A stretch of 32,706 bases of DNA from Paracoccaceae bacterium (lineage in GTDB: Bacteria; Pseudomonadota; Alphaproteobacteria; Rhodobacterales; Rhodobacteraceae), in contig WTGT01000318.1 in the NCBI GenBank assembly GCA_011523445.1, positions 1 to 32,706 of the forward strand, written 5' to 3'. The notes below the pieces were generated by a model, which was given only the letters and a program-made list of their open reading frames with translations, did no database searches and was not told the origin of the DNA. Below are positions 25,998 to 32,706 of the stretch, in pieces. The first letter of the stretch is position 1, and each line of letters starts with the position of its first letter. The position numbers and the translations under genes were made by a program.

Positions 25998-27869
25998 TTA
26001 TTGACTTGCCTGGCTATAGGAGATCTGCCTGTTCACGGTCGAAAGGATATAGGCAAGAGCAGATGGAGTCATCCCTTCAATTCTGCCAGCCTGACCCAAG
26101 GTTTCCGGCCTGATTGTATCCAGTTTTGAACGCAACTCACCTGATAATCCCTTCATGGACATATAGTCGATTTCATCGGGTATCCTGCATCGTTCATCTT
26201 CGGTCAGGGATTTCGCTTCCTGATTTTGCCGTTTAAGGTAACGGGAATAGACAGAATCATTTTCCAGAAGAATTGTTGTTTGCTGGTCTATATCCTTAAG
26301 TTCTGGCCAGAATTCTGCCAATCTGGATAAATTCACTTCCGGATAGGTCAGCAGGTCCAGCCCCGTTCGTCTAATGCCATCCTTGCTTATCACAATTCCA
26401 TGATCCATGGCTTCGGTAGGTGACAGGGATTTCTTGACGAGTACATCACGATAATGTTCAAGGGCTTGCAGTTTTTCTCCAAACCTTTCCTTTCGCTCTG
26501 TTGATACAACACCCAATTCAATCCCCTTCGGTGTTAATCTTTGATCGGCATTATCCGCCCTTAGTGACAATCTGAACTCGGCCCGTGAAGTAAACATGCG
26601 ATAGGGTTCTGTGACTCCTCTGGTAATCAGATCATCAATCATCACTCCTATGTAGGATTCTGATCGCAAGAACTGAACGTTTTCCATGCCCAAGGCTTTT
26701 CTTGCAGCATTAAGTCCAGCCACTAATCCCTGGCCGGCGGCTTCCTCATAACCAGTGGTTCCATTGATCTGCCCGGCAAGGAACAGGTTCTCCAGATTCC
26801 TGGTTTCAAGTGTGTAACGTAACGATTTTGGATCAACATAATCATACTCGATGGCATAGCCAAATTGGGTAATTTTGGCCTGCTCCAGACCTTTTATGGA
26901 TTTTACAAACTCTTCCTGTGTTTCTTCGGGCAGGGAAGTCGAAATGCCGTTGGGATATACAAGTTCGGTGGTCAACCCTTCAGGTTCAAGGAATATCTGA
27001 TGGCTTTCACGTTCTGCAAACCTGACAACCTTGTCTTCTATTGAGGGACAATATCGGGGGCCGGTACTTTCGAAATAACCGCCATAAATGGCTGATTTGT
27101 CTAGATCTCGGCGAATGATGTCATGGGTCCGGGCATTGGTGTGGGTTATCGCACAGGAAATCTGCCTTGCGTGAGGTTTGCTGGACAGGAAAGAGAACAT
27201 TTCCGGTTTGTCATCTCCCGGTTGTTCTTCCAGTATCTCCCAATTGATGGTCCTACTGTCCAATCTTGGAGGTGTTCCGGTTTTCAAACGTCCAAGGGGA
27301 AAACCAAGATCATCGAGTCTCTCTGCAAGCCTGACTGCCGAAGGGTCACCTACCCGTCCTGCGGGTGTGGCTTTTTGTCCCAATCTGATTATCCCTCTCA
27401 GAAATGTACCCGTTGTCAAAACGACCGCCTTGGCTGTCAGCACCGTTCCATCGGCAAGTATAACACCCTCCAGCTTTCCATTGGCATAGTTGATATCAAC
27501 GACCTCTCCCTCTAGGATTGCAAGATTTGCCATTTGGGAAATGATGTTTTGCATTGCCTGTCGATAAAGTGCTCTATCCATCTGGGCCCGAGGCCCCTGG
27601 ACTGCAGGTCCCTTGCGGCGGTTGAGCATTCGAAACTGGATACCGGCCATGTCGGCAACCTGCCCCATGACTCCATCCATGGCATCAATTTCGCGTACAA
27701 GATGACCCTTTCCCAATCCGCCTATGGCTGGATTACAGGACATTTGGCCGATGCCATCAAATTTGAGTGTTATCAAAGCTGTTTCGGCTCCAGCGCGGGC
27801 AGAAGCTGCTGCTGCCTCACACCCGGCATGACCACCGCCAACCACAATAACATCATAGTGGTGTATCAT
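25998..27869 (-). CDS. mnmG: tRNA uridine 5-carboxymethylaminomethyl modification enzyme MnmG (GidA)
   Basis: 623 aa with the YDVIVVGGGHAGCEAA FAD motif and characteristic GPRYCPSIEDK. Confidence 0.96.
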   Translation of the reverse strand: MIHHYDVIVVGGGHAGCEAAAASARAGAETALITLKFDGIGQMSCNPAIGGLGKGHLVREIDAMDGVMGQVADMAGIQFRMLNRRKGPAVQGPRAQMDRALYRQAMQNIISQMANLAILEGEVVDINYANGKLEGVILADGTVLTAKAVVLTTGTFLRGIIRLGQKATPAGRVGDPSAVRLAERLDDLGFPLGRLKTGTPPRLDSRTINWEILEEQPGDDKPEMFSFLSSKPHARQISCAITHTNARTHDIIRRDLDKSAIYGGYFESTGPRYCPSIEDKVVRFAERESHQIFLEPEGLTTELVYPNGISTSLPEETQEEFVKSIKGLEQAKITQFGYAIEYDYVDPKSLRYTLETRNLENLFLAGQINGTTGYEEAAGQGLVAGLNAARKALGMENVQFLRSESYIGVMIDDLITRGVTEPYRMFTSRAEFRLSLRADNADQRLTPKGIELGVVSTERKERFGEKLQALEHYRDVLVKKSLSPTEAMDHGIVISKDGIRRTGLDLLTYPEVNLSRLAEFWPELKDIDQQTTILLENDSVYSRYLKRQNQEAKSLTEDERCRIPDEIDYMSMKGLSGELRSKLDTIRPETLGQAGRIEGMTPSALAYILSTVNRQISYSQASQ

Positions 27870-29186
27870 TTACTTTCCTATACAGAAATTGGCGAAGATT
27901 TCTCCCAGTACCTGTTCTATATCTATTGTACCGGCTATTGTTTCAAGTGCCCTTATGGCCTGACGGAGGTCTTCGGCAACAATTTCATCCCGGCAATTTT
28001 CCCTTCCTAGCTCCGAATATGCCTTCGCCAGATGCTCAAGGGACTGGTTTATAGCCCGGCGATGTCTGGCATTCGTTACCACTCCCACCTTGGCAATCCG
28101 GTTCTCCAGTACCCTGGAGATATCTTGCAGCATCAGGTCAACCCCTTGGCCCGTTAATCCTGAAATTCCCCTGCTTTGTGTCTCCTTGATCAGGTCTGCC
28201 TTGGCCCGCAGTGCAAGATCTCCTTCCTGATATTCGATCTCCGGAAAGGGTTGTTGATCCTCTTCCAGCAGGAATATTCTCATATCGGCATCCCGAGCCC
28301 TGGTTTTTGTCCTCTCTATACCAATTTTCTCGATGGGATCACTGGAATCCCTTATGCCGGCAGTGTCCAGAAAACAAACAGGTAATCCTTCCAAATCCAT
28401 ATAAACCTCCAATACATCCCTTGTTGTTCCGGCATAGTTGGACGTAATGGCGGCTTCCCTGCCCGCGAGATAATTGAGAAGGGTGGATTTTCCCGAGTTG
28501 GGTTGACCAATTATGGCCACTTCAAAACCTTCTCGCAGCCTTTCAGCCATGGCTACACCACCAACCTCTCCCTCCAAGGTTTCCTGAAGTTGCAAAATCA
28601 CATTCCTGGCCTGATTTTTCACATTTGGTGGCAAATCCTCTTCGGAAAACTCTATTTCCGTTTCCAGCAGAGCAAGGCAATAGGTCAGATCCTTTTTCCA
28701 ACCCGATGAGGCTTTGGTAACAGTTCCATCATGGGCTAGGTGGGCCTGCTTTCTCTGGGCTTCGGTCTCTGCCTCAATCAAATCTCCCAATCCCTCGACT
28801 TGGGCCAGATCCATTTTGCCATTTTGCAATGCCCGCAATGTAAATTCTCCCGGTTCAGCCATTCGCAGACCTTCTTCAAGCAAGCAATTAGCCACTGCAT
28901 TGAGGGTAGCCCTGCCTCCGTGGATATGCAATTCTGCAGCTTCTTCCCCGGTATAGCTTTGCCCGTTCGGGAAAAATACCACCATGGCCTGGTCCAGGAA
29001 TTCGCCGCTTTGCGGATGCTTTAGCCTTCTGAGGGACAACTCCCTTTCTTGTGGGACACTGCCGATTAGGTCAATCAATACCTTGGCTGTTTTAGCACCT
29101 GAAATCCTGATTATGGCCACAGCCGACTTGCCCTTGGCTGTGGCAGGGGCAAAAATCGTTTCTTTTGAAAGACCGGAGAAGATCAA
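27870..29186 (-). CDS. mnmE: tRNA modification GTPase MnmE (TrmE)
   Basis: G-domain GQPNSGKSTLLN, DTAGIR, and the C-terminal FCIGK tail. TTG start. Its stop abuts the mnmG start. Confidence 0.95.
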   Translation of the reverse strand: MIFSGLSKETIFAPATAKGKSAVAIIRISGAKTAKVLIDLIGSVPQERELSLRRLKHPQSGEFLDQAMVVFFPNGQSYTGEEAAELHIHGGRATLNAVANCLLEEGLRMAEPGEFTLRALQNGKMDLAQVEGLGDLIEAETEAQRKQAHLAHDGTVTKASSGWKKDLTYCLALLETEIEFSEEDLPPNVKNQARNVILQLQETLEGEVGGVAMAERLREGFEVAIIGQPNSGKSTLLNYLAGREAAITSNYAGTTRDVLEVYMDLEGLPVCFLDTAGIRDSSDPIEKIGIERTKTRARDADMRIFLLEEDQQPFPEIEYQEGDLALRAKADLIKETQSRGISGLTGQGVDLMLQDISRVLENRIAKVGVVTNARHRRAINQSLEHLAKAYSELGRENCRDEIVAEDLRQAIRALETIAGTIDIEQVLGEIFANFCIGK

Positions 29187-29257
29187 GTGATTTGATCCTT
29201 TATATCAAGTGGAAAGACTTAACACCTTTCCTGAAATCGTCACGTATTCCTTCCCGT

Positions 29258-30535
29258 TCAGGATTTCATGGACATGAAAAACTCGGCATTGGACTTGGTT
29301 ACCTTCAGCTTTGAAATCAAAAATTCAATTGCCTCTGTTGTTCCCATCTGGGTCAATATTCTGCGCAGCATAAATGTCTTCTGCAGATCATCAGGTGCAA
29401 CCAGCAGATCCTCTTTTCTGGTACCGGATTTCAGAATGTCCATCGATGGATAAACCCGCTTGTCTGCCACTTTTCTGTCAAGAACTATTTCGGAATTACC
29501 CGTTCCCTTGAATTCTTCGAAAATGACTTCATCCATTCGGCTTCCTGTATCGATCAAGGCCGTGGCCACAATTGTCAATGAACCTCCCTCTTCAATATTT
29601 CTGGCGGCACCAAAAAATCTCTTGGGTCGCTGCAGTGCATTGGCATCAACACCCCCGCTGAGAACTTTCCCCGATGAGGGAACCACGGCATTAAAGGCTC
29701 GACCCAGTCGGGTAATGGAATCCAGAAGGATGATAACGTCCTTTTTGTTTTCTACCAACCGCTTGGCTTTCTCGATGACCATTTCGGAAACTGCCACATG
29801 GCGCGTTGCAGGTTCATCAAAGGTTGAGGAAACCACCTCTCCCTTGACACTTCGCTGCATGTCGGTCACCTCTTCCGGTCGTTCATCGACCAGTAACACG
29901 ATCAGGAAAACCTCGGGGTGATTCAATTCGATGGAGTGTGCAATATTTTGCAAAAGAACCGTTTTTCCTGTCCTGGGTGGAGCAACAATCAGGGCACGTT
30001 GACCTTTTCCAAGCGGAGAAACCAAATCTATAACCCTGGCCGAGAGATCCTTCGAACTTCCTGGAGGCAGTTCCATTCTCAGAGGTTCGTCAGGATAGAG
30101 TGGTGTTAGATTGTCGAAATGGACACGATTACGCGCGGTTTCGGGCTCGGAATAGTCCAGGCTGGTTACCCTGGTAAGAGTAAAATAATTCTGGTCTCCA
30201 GTGGGGGCCTTCAATATTCCTGTAACCGTTGAACCTGTACGGAGGCCGAATTTTTTGATTACATCCGGGCTGACGTATATGTCATCTGGTCCTGGAAGGT
30301 AATTTGCCTCACGGGATCTCAAAAAACCAAACCCGTCCTGCAAGACTTCCAAAACACCGTCATCACTTACAATATTCCATCCCACCTCAGCCCTGTTTTT
30401 GAGGATCTGGAACATTATGTCCCCCTTCCTCATGGTGGAAATATTTTCAATTTCCAACTCGGTGGCCATGGAGAGGAGTGTTGAGGGTGATTTGGCCTTC
30501 AGTTCACCCATCGAGATTGTTTGTTCTTCAGTCAT
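29258..30535 (-). CDS. rho: Transcription termination factor Rho
   Basis: N-terminal [35 protein letters not shown], Walker A PPRTGKT, and [16 protein letters not shown]. Start ATG 30535 is preferred (GGATGG 5 nt upstream). The track ORF starts at GTG 30559. Confidence 0.95.
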   Translation of the reverse strand: MTEEQTISMGELKAKSPSTLLSMATELEIENISTMRKGDIMFQILKNRAEVGWNIVSDDGVLEVLQDGFGFLRSREANYLPGPDDIYVSPDVIKKFGLRTGSTVTGILKAPTGDQNYFTLTRVTSLDYSEPETARNRVHFDNLTPLYPDEPLRMELPPGSSKDLSARVIDLVSPLGKGQRALIVAPPRTGKTVLLQNIAHSIELNHPEVFLIVLLVDERPEEVTDMQRSVKGEVVSSTFDEPATRHVAVSEMVIEKAKRLVENKKDVIILLDSITRLGRAFNAVVPSSGKVLSGGVDANALQRPKRFFGAARNIEEGGSLTIVATALIDTGSRMDEVIFEEFKGTGNSEIVLDRKVADKRVYPSMDILKSGTRKEDLLVAPDDLQKTFMLRRILTQMGTTEAIEFLISKLKVTKSNAEFFMSMKS

Positions 30536-30782
30536 AGAATCCATCCTGTCACAAGACACTGAAAAAATAAAAATTGACTTTCTTAGAGATTACACACCAG
30601 AAGGACTCTGGCGGTTGTCGGTGCAAAGGTACAATTTATACAAAGCCCCTTTCACCTTTGTCATTAGAATAAAGAGTAAAAAAATTAATTACAACAAGAA
30701 AAATCTGGTCTTGTCCCAATTATTGTTGATTTAGGGACCTTCCTAACCGTGTAATGTTGTAATGAACTTCCTTGGTCAGATG

Positions 30783-31223
30783 TTAAAACGGTTTAATAAC
30801 AGCAAGAAGAACAATGATAATCAAAAGCACCGTTGGTATTTCATTCATCCATTTGAAGGTTCTTCCGCTTATCCGACACGTTCCGGCCATCAACTCCTTC
30901 CTTTTTGAAGCCAGCCAAAAATGAAATACCGAAAGCAATAAAACTGCTGCCAGCTTGATCCAGATCCAAGAGAATTGGGGGTTTACTACACCTGGAATAG
31001 CAAGAAGTATCAGACCGAAAATCCAAGTAGCCAGCATGGCAGGTGTGGTAATGATCTTCAACAGGCGAGTTTCCATTGTGGTAAACAGTGTGCCGGTTTT
31101 TGGATCATTTCCTTCGGTTACATGGTAAAAGTAGAGCCTTGGCAGATAAAACAGACCGGCCATCCAACAAACAAAAGAAATTATATGAAGGGCTTTTATC
31201 CACGGATAGAGTTCATACAGCAT
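30783..31223 (-). CDS. hemJ: HemJ-type protoporphyrinogen IX oxidase (UPF0093/CopD-like membrane protein)
   Basis: WIKALHIISFVCWMAGLFYLPRLYFYH is the HemJ family signature as I recall it. Four TM segments. ATG 31223 is preferred over TTG 31238. Confidence 0.72.
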   Translation of the reverse strand: MLYELYPWIKALHIISFVCWMAGLFYLPRLYFYHVTEGNDPKTGTLFTTMETRLLKIITTPAMLATWIFGLILLAIPGVVNPQFSWIWIKLAAVLLLSVFHFWLASKRKELMAGTCRISGRTFKWMNEIPTVLLIIIVLLAVIKPF

Positions 31224-31227
31224 AAAA

Positions 31228-32085
31228 TTAAATTTCAATCCTCATCAAATCTGCACCAACTGATAATTTACCTGCCCAGGTTTTTCTCACTTCTTTGTAA
31301 AAATCTATCTGTCTTACCTTTTTCTCGTCCGTGGGAGTAAAATGATTGAGAACAAGGTGACCTACCTCTGCTTCCGTTGCAATTCGTCCAACATCTTCAC
31401 ACCTGGTATGACCGTTGGTGATGTGTTCCAAAAGGTTTGGTTTTACTTTCTCCAATCTTTGGCACATTTTCTTCACACCTTCATAATGCATAGCTTCGTG
31501 GAGCATTACATCGGCTTTCCTGGAAAAATTACTCAATTGGGGAAAATATGCCGTATCGGAGGAAAGAACTACTGATTTATCACCGATTTCAAAGCGTAAG
31601 GCATAGCAATGGTATATTGGTGGATGTTGGACTCTCAATGCCGTTACTTTTACCGTATTGTCATCCAACACCTGACCTTCGGTATATTCAACAGGATTGT
31701 ACTGGTCTGAAAATGGTGCTTGTTGTTCGTCCTTGATACGGGTTTCAATGTCAAACCTCTGTGACTGGTAAAATCCCTCCAATAGTAATTTAAGTCCTGG
31801 CGGTCCGTAGACATCTGTTTTCCTTGGAATTGCTGAAACCCACTTTGTGTGCAGCAATGGGCCCAATTCAAGATTATGATCAGAATGGTGGTGTGTAATA
31901 ATGATTGTTTGGATATCTTTCAGGTCGTAACCAGCCTCTACAATTTGTCGTGTTACTCCCAAACCGGCATCAATCAAATATAACTTACCTCCTACATCCA
32001 GTAAAGTTGATGTTGGCCAACTGGAGCCCCTGGACAATCTCGGACCTCCCCTGGTTCCCAATAATACCATTGTTATATTTTTCAA
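31228..32085 (-). CDS. MBL-fold metallo-hydrolase
   Basis: HxHxDH motif (IITHHHSDHNLE) plus the downstream H and D ligand pattern. Confidence 0.85.
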   Translation of the reverse strand: MKNITMVLLGTRGGPRLSRGSSWPTSTLLDVGGKLYLIDAGLGVTRQIVEAGYDLKDIQTIIITHHHSDHNLELGPLLHTKWVSAIPRKTDVYGPPGLKLLLEGFYQSQRFDIETRIKDEQQAPFSDQYNPVEYTEGQVLDDNTVKVTALRVQHPPIYHCYALRFEIGDKSVVLSSDTAYFPQLSNFSRKADVMLHEAMHYEGVKKMCQRLEKVKPNLLEHITNGHTRCEDVGRIATEAEVGHLVLNHFTPTDEKKVRQIDFYKEVRKTWAGKLSVGADLMRIEI

Positions 32086-32196
32086 TTCTCTTTCCTGGTT
32101 TGGTTTTGTACCCGTCGTTCGAATTCACCGAATGGATTTTTCAGGTGTTTTTGCCTTCTTTAACCAATTAATCCATCGATTTTCGATTTTACTGAA

Positions 32197-32706
32197 TTAC
32201 TTCTGGTTTGGTTTTTTCCAATCAAGTTCACCTGATTCAAGATTTTCATTAATCAAATCCTTGATGTGTTTAAAAATGACCGATTGATAATCTGACATCA
32301 ATTCTTCTTTTGGTCCAACCAGATAAACGGTTCTACTCAAAGTATTCAGCTTTATTGGTACCGCCTTGCAATATCCCATTTGAATATCATTAGAGAAAAG
32401 TGCCGTTGGTGCCACACAGAATCTTCTTTTCTGTTTTACCAATTCCTTTCTTATCGTATACGAACTTATTTCAATTACATCATTCAGCTCCAAGCCCAAG
32501 TTACTCAGGCCATCATCAACTTTGGCTCGGAGTTCTATATCGTTACCATCAAATAGCATAGGCAATTTTTGTAATACCTCCAAGGGTACTGGTAAAGGAA
32601 TTTCACTTATAATTTCGGGATCGCCAATCAATTTTAATTCTTCACTATATAGCAGTGATTCCCGCTTAGATTCTATACCCCTATAAACAGAGGGATTACG
32701 ACGCTG
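32197..32706 (-). CDS. LysR-family regulator, C-terminal substrate-binding domain. N-terminus lies outside the window.
   Basis: The frame is open from the window edge (QRRNPSVYRGIESKRESLLYSEELKLIGDP...) into the track ORF 32197..32631. It shows the linker and periplasmic-binding-fold pattern typical of LysR effectors. The HTH is not in the window, so the call is tentative. Confidence 0.55.
   Translation of the reverse strand, partial: QRRNPSVYRGIESKRESLLYSEELKLIGDPEIISEIPLPVPLEVLQKLPMLFDGNDIELRAKVDDGLSNLGLELNDVIEISSYTIRKELVKQKRRFCVAPTALFSNDIQMGYCKAVPIKLNTLSRTVYLVGPKEELMSDYQSVIFKHIKDLINENLESGELDWKKPNQK

Noticed and set aside
29211-29231. ggaaag/ctttcc hairpin between rho and mnmE
   Set aside because: It has 6 bp with a 9-nt loop and no U-tract. 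It could be a minor attenuator, but the evidence is too thin to report as a feature.
30560-30782. 223-nt region upstream of rho, examined for an autoregulatory leader, rut-like C-rich tracts or an sRNA
   Set aside because: I found no clear C-rich/G-poor tract, strong hairpin or promoter consensus by eye. Nothing here can be supported without transcript data.
1-32706. Search for mobile elements, CRISPR repeats, tRNA or rRNA genes and long repeats
   Set aside because: I saw no integrase, transposase or recombinase-like ORF, no spaced direct repeats, no tRNA-like T-arm sequence in the intergenic regions, and no long duplicated segments. The accessory genes here are not visibly bounded by mobility signatures.

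Overview
This window looks like a chromosomal segment from a Gram-negative bacterium. The rho-mnmE-mnmG-rsmG gene order suggests an alphaproteobacterium. All calls were made by eye from the ORF translations and the raw sequence; nothing was computed or searched. I found no rRNA, tRNA, CRISPR array, integrase or transposase.

Gene content, left to right:
- 1-3629 (minus strand): a CUT1-type sugar ABC importer, binding protein plus two permeases. The last permease runs off the left edge and is missing from the ORF track. Both permeases carry extra domains.
- 3924-10422: a catabolic block with a tandem SnoaL/NTF2-like protein, an SDR, an APH-type kinase, an ACAD10/11-type acyl-CoA dehydrogenase, a family III CoA-transferase and an HMG-CoA-lyase-like enzyme.
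- 10702-22557: a putative LacI-controlled regulon. It holds a glucose/mannose-type ABC importer, an SDR, a GMC oxidoreductase broken by one in-frame TGA, a DUF993-like protein, the LacI repressor, a Gfo/Idh/MocA dehydrogenase and a YdiF/Pct-type CoA-transferase. Near-identical perfect palindromes (TGGAACGTTCCA) sit in front of both transcription units.
- 22682-25231: an SDR-fold protein with no YxxxK dyad, an orphan TaqI-like (NPPW) N6-adenine methyltransferase, and a COG1058/CinA-N-like gene translationally coupled to it.
- 25232-32706 (minus strand): the housekeeping genes rsmG, mnmG, mnmE, rho and hemJ, an MBL-fold hydrolase and a partial LysR regulator.

The observations most worth a second look are the LacI operator pair with its unusual enzyme set, the single in-frame TGA in the GMC gene, the orphan methyltransferase, the split ACAD10/11-like kinase and dehydrogenase module, and the ABC permeases with inserted or added domains.
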